A stretch of 59,086 nt of DNA, filler included, from Sphacelaria rigidula (Eukaryota): the NCBI GenBank assembly GCA_964200075.2. It is 9 parts of 9 records of this genome, joined end to end, with 100 filler letters (N's around TTAATTAATTAA, not from the genome) between each part and the next. Parts side by side here need not be neighbours in the genome. Positions count along the whole stretch, not along the records: positions 1 to 6,477 come from CAXNAA020019848.1; positions 6,578 to 13,054 come from CAXNAA020019849.1; 7 more parts are not named here. One strand, written 5' to 3'. Shown here piece by piece: positions 1 to 12,040 of the stretch; within the stretch, counting starts at the first letter, position 1; every line of letters begins with the position of its first letter. A program made the position numbers and the translations under genes. The notes under the pieces were generated by a model, which saw only the letters and a list, made by a program, of their open reading frames with translations, ran no database searches and had not been told where the DNA came from.

Positions 1-75
1 ATGAAAGCATATTACTGTGAAGTGTAGACCAACCTGGTGACACACGGCACCGCCGCTGAAAAAAAAAAAAAAAAG

Positions 76-192
76 TTACTGCATAATATATAACCTCCAC
101 GACGGACGGAAAAAAAAAGGCAATCTGTCGGGATTCAACCTCATGACGTCCATAATTAGGGTCTGCTGTCACTTGAATTATAGCGGTGCAGC
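76..192 (-). mobile_element. Degenerate tRNA-derived SINE-like repeat, same family as 20407-20538
   Basis: Colinear similarity to 20407-20538 (tactgcat-ata-ataacctc...gtcgggattc-a-ctc-tgac-tcc-taa...gcagc), with a degenerate B-box on the minus strand. Confidence 0.5.
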
Positions 193-948
193 AGCGTCAC
201 GCAATATTTTGCACTCACGGCCCAATTCGACTAGTTTCGAGCTGAAATTTCAGGAGGGCCTTCTGCACCCAAGGAAATGATGCATTACGTGAGCGGCTGC
301 AGATTCTCGTATTTCTCCTGGATTTATGACATTATGTTGTTTGTGCTGAAATTTCGAATCCCCATAACTTCTTCATTTTTTATTTTTTATTTGCTGCTCA
401 CGTGATCTTCTGCATTTCGATCATAAAACGCTCATGTTAAAACTTCTGCGTCCAACTCCTAATATCACGCCGTGCGTCGCCTGAGCGAGATTCACACCTA
501 CTCTTGGCTGGCCCAGCTCGTAACACGGTGATGCACTTATGGTGTTGCAATGTGGCTCTTTTATCCCTCGTGACCACGTAACCACGGTGTCGTTGATTAG
601 GGTTAGGGTTAGAGAGGGGAGACTTGTTCAAGGTTGAAAGCGGAAACAAAATGTTTGTGCTGTGCTGTGTTGTGCTGTGCTGTGCATTACTATATGAGCT
701 ACTTCCACCAATCATTTCAAGTGCCCTGCGCGCTTTACTTTCTTGATTCATCTATGATTAAGTCGTCGCCACCATTGATACACACTGGTATACACTCACA
801 CATACTCCTACACGCTCATACATCGTACATGGTTGCATCGCTTTTTTCTTTGCACCGCAGACCAGACCAGGGTCGGGCTTTACACTCATGCTGCCCGTAC
901 CACATCTGACAAGCACAAGCGCCACAAGACCCTGCTTCACAGCCGCAG

Positions 949-1268
949 GCGGCAGTAATGTGGCTCAATTCGCCAACCCCGCTTTTCGCACCGCAGCACT
1001 CGGCGAAAGCATGCTGCAAGCCGCACAGGGGGAAGCAGGGGGTGTGCCTACCGTCCGTCGACTTCTCGGGTGGGAGTTATGTGCGAGATATGGTACGTTG
1101 CAGAGTGCTAGAGCAGCCAGTGGAGAGGGTCTTGATGGCGATGGCGATGGCGATGATGATGATGACGACGAGACAGAGGGTAAAGAGGAGGGCGAGGAAG
1201 ATGGAATGGCGAAACCAAAAGAGGTGAGAGATGATTGTGAAAAACACGATGATTCGGCAGTAAGATAA
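949..1268 (+). CDS. Possible terminal exon of an unknown protein with an acidic C-terminal tail
   Basis: Candidate acceptors cttcacag/ccgcag at 942/948, then an open GC-rich frame (QFANPAFRTAALGESMLQ...DDDDDDETEGKEEGEED) to TAA at 1268. No family recognised. Confidence 0.4.
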
Positions 1269-3414
1269 TCCAGCGTAAAACACGATGGAATTGAAGTCAG
1301 GCAGAGAAATGGGTTAGGTTACCAGTATTAAAAAAATGTTAAAGTGGGAATCTCTGTACGCGCCGTGCTCTTTCTAATTGCTTTCCCGGCTGCTCGTCGA
1401 GCGACCACTTGCTACTCGAATCGTCTGCAACAATCAGTCAGTCAATCGATATATGAGTCCTGCTTATGTTATAACAACCGACGTTCTGAACACATACTTG
1501 AGCTGACAAGGTCTGATGTTTCCGAGGTCGTGCCGGGTGGCGCGCATGTAAGCGCCGACAAAACCACAAAAAAAACGATGTATTGCTGCATGTTCGAATG
1601 CAGGATCCTCTTTTACCGAGCGGTGCACAACTTGAGGCTTAGTTTGACGTTAGAGACCCACACCCGCACAGTCGCATAACCTTCACAGGCTCGTCGGTTC
1701 GTGGTGAGTCGTGCTCTCGTGTTGTCGTGCTGTAAGCGGGCAGCAACCCAGACGCGGAATTCTTCGCCTCCAGTAGTACTCGCCACTGATTAAAGCCTTC
1801 AACATGGATGCATTGGTTGGTTGGATATGTTTCCGCACATGAACTTTGAAGCCCAATTGCTTTTACTGTGAGATGTTTTACAGGGAGTGCAGAAACGAAG
1901 TAGATTACTCAATTGATTCGCTGGCCCGAGGAAATGAAGCGTGATGCCACCACGAGGAGAACCTTTCACTCCTCACGTAATCGGCAAACACACCTAAATA
2001 GTGCGTGTTCACCTCCTGCCCCAGAGCTTTGGTTCGAATGTTCTGAGCTCCGGCGGAAGAGGAGAGCAAGGAGAACACTCCCATATTGAAGACATGATCA
2101 TGAGTGTCCAATACAAGCACATAAACCCCGTTCAGGAAACGAGCGTCTTTGAAAGTAGGGCTGCTGTCAGTTTTTACAACCGCAAGTATTGTTTACCTCG
2201 AATTCCTGGCTCCACACTCCACAGGCTTGATTGTTCCATTTTTCGATTGATTGATCGTCGCACTTCAACTGACCCTCCAGGGGTCATGATCCAGCCGTGG
2301 TCACATGATACACGTACCCGAGACGAAACAAAACTGAACCACTCGCAGAAGAAAAAAATGAAACGGTAGAACAGAATAACAGAGTAGACTCAGGCTAAGA
2401 TGAAATAAAGAGAAAATAAAATAAAAGAAGAGAAGTGGCCGGCCTCTGCCACATGGCTTCGACGGAAAAGGTCTTGCACAGAACTACACCGATACACAGT
2501 CGTAATGAAACACCAGGCCGTGGAAAGAGAAATATTGCGGCTCATGTACTACGACCACTCTATTCAGGAAGGGTATGGACCTTCTCATCCATGAACAAAC
2601 ACAATGAAGCGAGGTACCACATTGCTCTGCCATACCGGCAGGGAAATGCACACAAATATATACACATATATGTAGAAGAATGTGGGGGAAGGGAGAGCAG
2701 AAAAGGAGACTGCAGAGGTGGTGAAGCCCAGAGAATGCAGGGCACACACCAAGGGGCACCGTAGAGCAGATACAGACACACACCAGGAAGCACCGCAGAG
2801 CCACCGACCAAGGGCACGATCAACAACCGAAATGAGCAGACAGGATTATTCGATTAGCGGCCCCTGACGCAGCAGGCTCTCGCTTGTGACGGCGGTCCGA
2901 TTCTCGTTTGTAATCGCGTCGTTACGTGTCCTCAAACTCTTCCACTCTTTTCACGACTTCAAAATACCATTTGCTCATGTTCTTCGCCGCAGTGGCCCGA
3001 TCTTCCGCATCGTTAACCTCTACACCGTAGACGAACCATTTCCGTCGTTCTCCTTTGTGCAAAACAGCCCCTAGTGCACGTACATTCTTCTGGGGGTTCT
3101 CCTCTCATCGCTTGGGGGAGCGGCCAGCCTCCTTGGGCCCTCGTGCGGTTAAGCGTCCGTTCATGATGCGTTTAGGAAGGCGTGCTTCCTTCTGCCGGAC
3201 AAGGGCTCCCGCCAACCAAGGGTGTACCTCAGTAATGTGCCCAACTTTGCAGGGTCCCCGACGGCATGTGCCACGGTTGCACACTGGCCACGCCTGTTAC
3301 TTACTATTCGAAATTTCTGGATACGATAATCAAGGGCTAAGCCGCCATGTCCGAGATGTGAATTAGTGCTTCGACTGTTGAATCTTGCACTTGTCCCGAC
3401 GCCTGTTACTGTAG

Positions 3415-3765
3415 CAGAAGACTACTGCTACCGCGAAGATCTCACCTTCAGCATCAAAGCCTAAAGCGAGAACGACCACCGGGACCATGGGTGGCTGGCC
3501 CTGGGGGAGTTACGGCAGTCCCTCCACGAGTGAATCCGAACCTGTTACGGCGGCTGAGCCTTCCCAACCTGCCAAGCGTGCTGAGCCTGTGAAGGTTGCT
3601 GAGCCTGCTAAGGCTGCGGATCCCGTTAAAGCTGCTGAGCCCACTAAGGCTGCTGAGTCTGTTAAGGCTGCGGAGCCTACTAAGGCTGCGGATCCCGTGA
3701 AAGCCGCTGAACCGGTTAAGGCTGCTGAGCCGGTTAAGGCTGCTGAGCCAGGCGCTAACGAAAAG
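3415..3765 (+). CDS. Exon of atypical SDR/NAD(P)-binding protein: N-terminal repeat region (AEPVKA-type hexapeptides)
   Basis: Acceptor ctgtag/cag at 3414/3417, donor AAG|gtgat at 3765, phase 0. The 18-bp repeat units vary mostly at third codon positions, as expected for coding sequence. Confidence 0.75.
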
Positions 3766-4587
3766 GTGATGGCGATGACGTTAGTATAGTAGTAGGAGGA
3801 GGAGGAGGAGGAGGAGTGACAGTAGCGGTAGCAAGAGTAGTTGCAGCAGCAGCAGTAGTAGCAGAAGCAATGGTGGCAATAGCAGCAACAGTGACCTACT
3901 TCCCTTGTTTTTCTGGTGACTGCTGTTTCTACCTGTCTCATAGCTTGGCATGTGTTGCGAATGCATAATCACAGCCTGATATTGGGTGCTTGTTCGTACT
4001 CAGGTCCCCACACCGACATTAGACGTGATGTCGCACGCGCAGTAGACCATACTCCGTAGCATCTGATGAAAGGGGGGTCTCCATACTATTGGTAATGCAA
4101 GTACAGTAGTGGTGCCCTCCTACAGCTGCACCACCCGCTAACATATTGACTGCTGTGGTTTGTCCACAGAATATTTTTGTCCGTGTCCACAGCGTCTACT
4201 GCATGTACTTCGTATGGCGCCAGAGATGTAGTTGTTGCTTCTGTTCACATGTGTTTTTTTGTCGTAATAAGGTGTCATATTTACGCACCAGTGGATTACG
4301 GCACCTATCGAAGGGCGTGAATGATTAAGTAGTATTGTGAAAAAGGTTTGTCCAGCTCGTCTGTGATGACGTGTTGCCGTACTGTGTATGGCACCAACGC
4401 AGTGATAGGTACGTATCGCCGTCGTTCACGAAACGGCGACACTTGCATACTTTTCCGTGAACAACCGTCGCATCCACTCGGATTAAAGCACGTTTGCGTC
4501 GTACGAGTAAGGTATATGCACCGATGTGCTATGTTCCCGTCCGGAGCAAGTTCATGTTTCTGAAGTGGTGGCCGTTTTTCGTAGCAG

Positions 4588-4836
4588 GCCGAGGACTCTG
4601 TCAAGGAATCTGCTGAACCTACTGCAGAGCCATCCGAAGAGGCTTCAAAGGAACCTACCGAGAAAAATTCCGGAGAATCCTCCCAGCAAGAAGATAAGAA
4701 AATTGAAGAGAAGGGAGGAGAAAAGGAGGAGCCCGAGGGTGGAATGGGGATGGGGTGGAGCTGGAGCAGCCTCTTTGGTGGTAAGCCCAAGGAACCCGGT
4801 ACAAGCATGGAGGTGGCCAAGCCTGAAACTATTGTG
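4588..4836 (+). CDS. Exon of atypical SDR protein: Glu/Lys-rich linker (AEDSVKESAEPTAEP...WSWSSLFGGKPKEPGTSMEVAKPETIV)
   Basis: gtagcag acceptor, GTG|gtgagt donor, 249 bp open, phase 0/0. This frame is not shown in the ORF track. Confidence 0.8.
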
Positions 4837-5512
4837 GTGAGTGCTTGACTCTATCTTACAACAACAATGTATAATAACAATGTAGTGGTGAAAATCGTCA
4901 AGCGGCCTCTTCTGGCGAGTCCAGGTGAATGGGACTTGGTAGGGCTGCTGAGTAATGGCAGCAGCATGTTTGGGGGTTGGTTTTCGTGACTCCTGGAGGC
5001 AGTGATGAACAGATTACCTGTATGGGATTCCGAACTCGAAGGCGCCACTCATACGAGATTACTCCCTCAGCCTTGCTTCTTGTACGACCTCCTGCCAAAA
5101 GATCCTGTGGGGGACTTGCGCGTCGAGGTTTCCTCTGGGTTCTTATCTTCCTTTGTGTGGCTTGTTATGTTGTTGCTTCCCTCCTCCTTTTCTTTTGTTC
5201 TTGTTAGTGTTGTCGGATTTTAGTTGAGTGAGTACTTCCGTTTACCTCCGGCGAGTACGCATCTATTGCGGATACGACTAGGTTTGCGACGACTTAGCTC
5301 ACGTCAGATCATGAGACAATCCATCTATCAATCAATCAACACAACGTGGTGGCTTGTTCTCTATATTTAGCATCCAGGATTTCGACAACCTACACTCCAC
5401 GCGGGTGTGGAACTTTCCACTTCCTTTGCTGTACTTCAGTAGTGATGCTGGTGCACAGGGTTGTTGGTTAGTTCTGACAGATCCTCTTGTGCGCCATGTG
5501 CGTGTGTTGAAG

Positions 5513-5668
5513 GTTGTGACGGGCGCTACCGGACGCGTTGGCCAGCTGACCGTTCGAAAGATTCTAGAGATGTACCCTCGGGTGTTGGTGAGGGCTGTTG
5601 TCAATGACTTGGCGAAGGGCAACAAAGTGCTCGAGGAGGAGAAGTCAAACTACGGTGTCAAGGTCGAG
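5513..5668 (+). CDS. Exon of atypical SDR (NmrA/TIC62-like): Rossmann nucleotide-binding motif
   Basis: VVTGATGRVGQLTVRKIL...VRAVV matches the TGATGxxG dinucleotide-binding motif. ttgaag acceptor, GAG|gtgagc donor. Confidence 0.88.
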
Positions 5669-6260
5669 GTGAGCTTCGCCCCCTGATGCGGCCCTTTGTT
5701 GCACTTGTTGTAGGAGAAGATGGTGTAAATTGCAGGAGAAGATGGTGTAAATACGGCAGAATAAAAAATCAACACATGAAAAATACCGATTTAGCCTTCA
5801 AATGAACATCATCGCTGCCCCGTCCTACGGATCAAAGGCATTCGATGCATCGTGCCATTTTGTAGGTCGTGTAGCACGGATCGACACGTCTCAGGCATGT
5901 CTTACAATGAGTTGCCGACCGCATTTGTCGACAGGAAGTGAGAACATCGAGAAATTTCCGCACCAAACCTGTGGTGTGAAACAGCTGACGGGCGTGCTAT
6001 GGGGGTATGCACCGTTTGGATTTTCGATATGTTCATACGCTGGCTTCGTGTTTTTTCCCGCTTCGGTGATCTGTTTCGCTTCACTATACATGTACTTCGT
6101 ATGTTGCAAAACGTTTCGCGACGATCGTTCTGGTGCACAGAAGGAATATGTGAATATCAGTCTAAAGCCCCACCTACAATTTACAATTTACCTCTCCGTG
6201 CTCCCACCTGCTCCCGCTCCCGTCTTAATTTTCTTGCATTTCCCGTGCGTGCTTGTTCAG

Positions 6261-6373
6261 ATCATCTCTGCTGACCTATCGAACATGAGATCGGCCAACC
6301 GAGTCTGCGAGGGAGCCTCAGCAGTCGTGTTCTGTGCCAGCGGCTTCGCACAAAACCTCTCCCCCTTACAGAG
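6261..6373 (+). CDS. Exon of atypical SDR protein (IISADLSNMRSANRVCEGASAVVFCASGF); gene runs off the contig
   Basis: ttgttcag acceptor in phase 0. Sequence fits the 'xDLxd...GxdAVvxcA' segment of atypical SDRs. Probable non-canonical donor AG|gcaag. Confidence 0.8.
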
Positions 6374-6477
6374 GCAAGATACTGGCGACACTTTCAGCAT
6401 ATGCGATACAAATAACGACGTGTTTGACACTTACAGGGCGGGGGGGGGGGGGGGAACCCATTTAGATCGGAAGGGGG

Positions 6478-6577
6478 NNNNNNNNNNNNNNNNNNNNNNN
6501 NNNNNNNNNNNNNNNNNNNNNTTAATTAATTAANNNNNNNNNNNNNNNNNNNNNNNNNNNNNNNNNNNNNNNNNNNN
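6478..6577. other. Artificial contig linker, first of 8 (others at 13055-13154, 19631-19730, 26207-26306, 32783-32882, 39359-39458, 45935-46034, 52511-52610)
   Basis: N44-TTAATTAATTAA-N44 is repeated identically every 6576-6577 bp. The 12-mer gives stop codons in all six frames. Confidence 0.98.
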
Positions 6578-6754
6578 AAAAAAAAACACTAAACAAGAAA
6601 AAAAAAAAAAAAAAAAAAAAAAAACTAACCCACTTGTGTGTTAATTATGCCTTAGAGAGCGCCCACACCAATTTTCAATACACGAAAACCAAACGTGGGC
6701 CGGTGAGTGGCCTGCGAAATACTGTTTCGAATTTCTGCCGACCCGGTTTTTGAT

Positions 6755-7026
6755 AGGCCCATGCTCTTTCATACATTTAGAGTTGGGCCCTGAAATTTGG
6801 TGTGGACAGTGCATAGGGCATAAAAAAAAATTACTGAAGTACCAAAAGATTTTTTTTTTCATGAGTTTAGGGCAATAATCGGTTTTCAGGTATCGCTAAA
6901 ATGCCTCTAACTCATGAAAAAATAAAAAAGCCTTTTGGTACTGCAGTATTTTTTTTCTGACGCCCTACGCACTGTCCATACCAAATTTCAGGGCCCACCT
7001 CTAAATGTATAAAAGAGCATGGGCCT
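6755..7026. mobile_element. Foldback/MITE-like long inverted repeat
   Basis: Arm aggcccatgctctttcatacatttagagttgggccctgaaatttggtgtggacagtgc...catgagtt pairs with aactcatg...gcactgtccataccaaatttcagggcccacctctaaatgtataaaagagcatgggcct around a short loop. Confidence 0.85.
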
Positions 7027-8149
7027 GCAAACTTCAAATCTGCCTCTAGGCTGGCCCAGCTCGTATGTAGGTCCGACGTCCCACCCCCCGATTTTTTGTG
7101 GGGTCACCATCCTATAGGAGAACCTAGTTGATACCACTAACACGTAGTGCTCGGGGGAAATTCGGGAATAGATGTACCGTACTATATATGTAGTCATGTT
7201 CACAAGGCGACTGAATCTGGCAACGCTGCGGGACGAGAGGCGGAGCTAGCGGCATGAGTTCTGCGTATCCCTCTGTCGAAGCGGTACAAGCGGAGGTGAG
7301 GTCCTATGCATTCGACGGTAACGAACAAGCTGTGTATCGGCAGCTGATCTCCATCACGGAGAACTGCTCAGAAGGGAGTATGCAGGCGCAGCTGCTGCTG
7401 CATTTGGAAAGGCGTGCTGCACTGTATTATTGCATCTGCGGCGCAACGTCCATGCCGCTCGAAGGGAATTTTCTGCTTGCAACAAGGAGGGAGATTGCGG
7501 CCCACCCCGACCACAAAGAGCTGTATGGCGAGGTTATGGGGACAATATCCAAGGCTACAAGTGGCGGGCGGCGGTTGTCACATCCTGTCGAAAGCTCTCC
7601 ACGGCGACTCATACTGCTTGATACATCTGTACATCACCTGATGCGCACAACACCCGAATCATAGTACAGACAGTTTGTACCTGCACCTGAAAATAGATTG
7701 GATGAAACTTTCGGTCTTCATCTAACCCACTGTTTCATGCATATGCAGGACACGTCATTCCCAACCAGCCTCATTGGTCGTTCTGGAGGCCCAGTCCCAA
7801 AAGGGTTGAAAGCGTGTCGTTTCTCCCATCTGACCTCCCCCATCCCACCCATCTCCACAGTCACCGCAAATACTGATTCTATGCAGTACGTTAGTTGATA
7901 CAAGGACATCGCACATGCATCATGGTCTTTATAATGTGCAAGTGTTACTAAGTGAAGGTCTGAGACCATGTCTCCTCACCGAAAACGACCGGTCGATATC
8001 AAAATCCGTTTGCTCGATAGATTTGTACTCATAACGACCAGTTTGATTCTTCTCGGGAACGAAGAGCTCTTTTTTTTGTATGTTGCTTTCGAAGCGCGGC
8101 ACCGATGTCTGCGAGGATGCAGAAGACGTGCTACCACTGAAATTGGCGG

Positions 8150-9000
8150 GCGCAGAGTCCCGAGCACCGGGTGCATCGGCCCCGCCGGATCGACCCGCAC
8201 CACTGCCGCTACCCCCTCTGACGGTACTCGCGTTATCACCCCCTCCAATTCGTGACTATGCTGGCATTTGTCACCCCACCGACAGTGCCCGACATCGAGA
8301 GACACGAAGTACGGCTGGCTTCGCCGAATTCGTTTAGCCGTCGATTGTCCGCTTTCTCCGGCAGCGATGCCCCCAGCCGCCGCACGGCTGCCGGCGCCGG
8401 CGCCACTCCCCGCCCCACCCCTTCCGACGCGTCAAGATACCCCGCTCGCACCATCGTCACCCCGCCGCCCCCCATTTCGATGAACCAGCGTTGCCTAGAG
8501 AAGGCGGGACAGGCGGAAATGGTGACACGGTGGTGTTTGGCGGTGGAGAGCGATCCTTGGCATAGATATACTGCGACCACTGCGCCACGGCATCCGACCA
8601 CTTGCCGGGGTCGGAGTAAATGGTGTGCACCATGGTACCACTAGCCGCGGGCAGGGTGGTCATAGTAAAATTGGGGTTTGTATACGACCGAAATTCGGAG
8701 GTCATCCTCGTGAAAGCCATCTATAGTGCCCCCGTCCGGCCGGCCCGAATGCCTCCTCTGCACCAGACGGCGCTCCTACATCGGCACCCAACAAGCGCCC
8801 GAATGCCTTGACCATCAAAGCCAATCGATCTGGCGAGGATATTCTGTCGCACGCACCGGGAGCCGCCGCGCCGCGAGGCATGATGACTGCACCCTCGACG
8901 GCTGAACCGTTTGAAACATCGGTGCAAACTTCAGCGACACGTGGATCAATGCGCCCAGTACCCCCTGCGATTCGCCTGGGGTGAAGGACTGTGCCCGATG
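8150..9000 (-). mobile_element. Degenerate gag-like ORF1 remnant of an Ngaro-like retrotransposon, homologous to ~56000-57600
   Basis: Shared peptides with contig 9: GHCRWGDKCQHSH vs GHCRWRDRCRFSH (CCCH finger), MVRAGYLDASEG vs MVRAGYVDASEG, and SEFRSYTN..SDPGKWSDAVAQWSQ vs SDLRSYTN..SDLGK*SDALAHWSQ. Confidence 0.8.
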
Positions 9001-10586
9001 TTTACTGGTCAGGAGCCACCCCTTGCGTGACGATGGGTCTTGCCACACCTGTACGCGATCCCGCACTCCATACGTGCGCCCTTGCTCCACCCCAGCCCAG
9101 GTTGCCGCTTGATTTTCCGCTTGATCGAAAGCACTCCACGGCTGACAAAAAGACTCCCCCGAGAACTCGGGATCAAACACGGATTTTGGTCGGGATATGT
9201 TGGATTGCTGGTCTTTTCGGAAAAATCATGTTGCTCATAGGGAAACATGGCTTGACGACTGCAAGGTCGCACATGCTAAAACCTGATACACACCTGCATG
9301 GCAACTACACATGCGGTTTTGAGGCCCGGCGCCCACGATTCAAAAGAGACGGAGATGAGCACCTCGAGCGGTAGCTTTTTGACAAGTCGAGTACGATGCG
9401 TTTCGTTTCGGTGAAACCTGTTACACCCTACACAACCAAAAAAACATTGAGTTGTCGATTTTCCTGGCTGGTTGGTTATTCCGTGACAGTTGCTACCACA
9501 CGACTGGTTATCCAGGGTTCAAGGCGTGTCTTGGCAGTAAACGAGAACCATCGACACCACACAAGATTTTTCACAGTCCGACTCGAAAAGTTGAACGCTT
9601 CTAGGAAAGGGCGGCGTAAAATGCCTACCTTCACGTCAGCGCGTGTCACGAGGTTGCGAGATGCAAGCATGTGCTCAACATTTTTCAGGGCTTGCCGCAT
9701 CGCATACGAAAACCAACGTAGAATTCCAACTGCCACGAATAGGTTGAGACTCCACACTAGAGTACAAGTTAACCTGATCGCGTGCGTTTGGTTCCGAATT
9801 TGGCGAGCATCAACGATGTGTGTCGATAATTATGTGGATCTTAACGCTCGAAATTGTGCTCTTCAGATACCATTCGCGCTTTGCTGGGGTTTTTTTTCCT
9901 TCCGAAAACGGTCGTTGCAACCTCGTTCCTTGATAGACCTAAGCCGAACAAACGCATCACATGTGTTTGAAATATAGCTATATTGTGCGGAAGATATCGA
10001 GCACTGTTGATAGGAGAGCAATGCAACTCCGATGGTCAGCGTTTGAACCCTTTGAATTGGTTGTCGTTTGTTAGCTGTGGTCGCACATCTCGTCTGTACT
10101 GTAAAAAAAAAAGTGTTTCGGTTGCTGGTGCTGAATGGACCCAACTGCAACAACATCGAAAATCGAGTCTCCACTTCGACGTATTTTTGCTCAGACAGGC
10201 CCACATATCTGAGGGTTGTGCTCATCCATTAGTTGCGCGAGTGTTTCGGTCGAGAGTTGTCCGCATGCAAGTTGCGCGAATGCTTCGGCCGACCCTTGTT
10301 CCCAAGCGAGCGACTGCTATATGTAAGGAACTTCAGACCGAAAGTTGTCTATGAGCAACTCGTTGCACATGTTTCTCATACAGTCGTTGTGACGGTTATT
10401 TCGTGTCAATACCCTCGTCCTTTCCCCTCTTTCGCACCTTGCCCCGTGTCGAAAGGGGTGCGTAGTCAATGATCGAAACGACCGAGGCAAGCAACAAATG
10501 AGTTCGTACACCCCCATTTTTTTCGCTCTCAATCTGTTGTTTGTGGGGATGCTCCCCGTTTTTTTTTCTTTTCTTTTCCTCTCCAG

Positions 10587-10855
10587 ATGGCAACCTACGT
10601 ACATGACTACTTTTTGTCAGAAGGCATTCCGAGCGTGGAGATACAGCCTGTAGACGCATTGCTGTCCGAGCCGGTCTCTAGTTCACTCCAGCTGTTGCAC
10701 GTCAGTGATGATGCTAACGCTGGCGCCGATGCATCTGTCGCTGCGGGAGAATCGAGAGGTACGATGGACGTTGTGTTTGACGCGGCTCTCTCCGAGGACA
10801 TCTTGGATCTGGATTCGACGTCAGATACCTGGTACCGAAATCACACCTTCAACGG
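10587..10855 (+). CDS. Exon of glutamate carboxypeptidase II/NAALADase-like M28 peptidase
   Basis: Strong polypyrimidine tract with ctccag acceptor and GG|gtgag donor. ATYVHDYF..G...VDALLSEP...EDILDLDSTSD...HTFNG matches the region preceding the PA domain. Confidence 0.85.
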
Positions 10856-11505
10856 GTGAGTTTTTTTCGATCCCTTGTGTTCGTATTATTTCCTGCGTCG
10901 ATTTATTTTTTTTCATCTATTTTTTTCATCTCTTTTGGTTGCGTCGGTTTTCTTACTTTCCCGGTTACCTCCTGCGTTGGATGTGCATCGTTTTTCCCTT
11001 TTCGTGTCCGTGCAAATATGGTCGTCGGAGATTTGTTCCTGTTTTTTTTCTTCTCTGCGAATTACATGTTTTATTGTGTTGTCATTCTTTGAAGGGAGTG
11101 TGTTTGATGCCTTTCGTCAGATTGACTACAGGTCTCTAGTTCTTCGCCTCTGTGTGCATCCGCTACTCTCCCCTTGTACCGTCAGTACACGGGTGGGTGC
11201 CATGCCGTACAGCTGTTCAGACTATTGCTGACCGCATTTGAAGGGACACAGTTGTGCGTATATTACACGGATAAGATAGCACCCGATATTTAAGTCAAAT
11301 ATGCTACGTAATGTATGTTGTATTGTACGTGAGGCATGTCGCTTTGAAAAATGCGCTTCCACGCATCGAATCACAGGTACCGCTGGTAAGGCCTTTTTTT
11401 TTTCCTCAAAGTTTTTCTCCATGCCTCGATGTGCGCTCCTCTCGCCATCTGCCGATGAATGATAGACGGGTGGATGCCCGATCCTCGTTCACGTAATCTG
11501 CGCAG

Positions 11506-11630
11506 CTATTCACCTTCGGGAAATGCGACGGCACAGTTAGTCTACGCTAACTTCGGCCGACCGGAAGACTTTGATGCGCTGGAGGCTGAAGGCGTGTCGG
11601 TCCACGGCAAGATAGTCATCACCCGATACG
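11506..11630 (+). CDS. Exon of GCPII-like peptidase, PA domain (GYSPSGNATAQLVYANFGRPEDFDALEAEGVSVHGKIVITRYG)
   Basis: cgcag acceptor, phase-compatible with the previous exon, G|gtgtgt donor. Signature YSPSG...LVYANxG..EDF...GKIVIxRYG. Missed by the ORF track. Confidence 0.92.
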
Positions 11631-11959
11631 GTGTGTGAGAGACAAAAAGGTAGAGTGCCAGCTCACCTGATGTCGCAAATGCCTCGAGTTCGAGCCATGG
11701 TCCGTGTCTGTGTGGGCACCTAAGTTTTGTTACGCTAGAAGCGATGGTCTGCTGCTGCTCTTGGTACTGCTGGTGCTGCTGCTCCATTTTCGTTCAGAAG
11801 GGAGCAATCGCTAGGGGGTGTACTCATGATCATGCACGCCATAGTTATGAAACCATTGACCTCGCATCCCGAAAAAGCCGGGACGGAGCACGCCGGGTTT
11901 TCGCCGGACCAGGCTCGCACTCAATCACCAAGCGCGAAGCGCCGTCGCTAGGAGGGGCA

Positions 11960-12040
11960 GGGGGCGTACTCACTTCTTGCTTGCCTTAGTCGTTTGACCA
12001 TTGACCACGCATCCCTTTCGAGACGGAGCCACAAGGGGGG
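11960..12040. repeat. Dispersed ~70-bp repeat module (also ~10442-10515, 20312-20400, 32601-32668, 52430-52510, and twice in 56275-56390)
   Basis: Consensus gggggcgtactcatttgttgcttgccttagtcgtttgaccattgaccacgcatcc found in both orientations in five contigs. Confidence 0.85.

Noticed and set aside
3055..3240. First exon or targeting peptide of the SDR gene
   Set aside because: The ATG at 3163 gives a donor out of phase with the next exon, and the in-phase frame has an upstream stop. Cannot be resolved from sequence alone.
3510..3972. Minus-strand ORFs with poly-Cys/Leu/Tyr and GSAALT repeats
   Set aside because: They are antisense shadows of the AEPVKA exon and an intronic trinucleotide tract.
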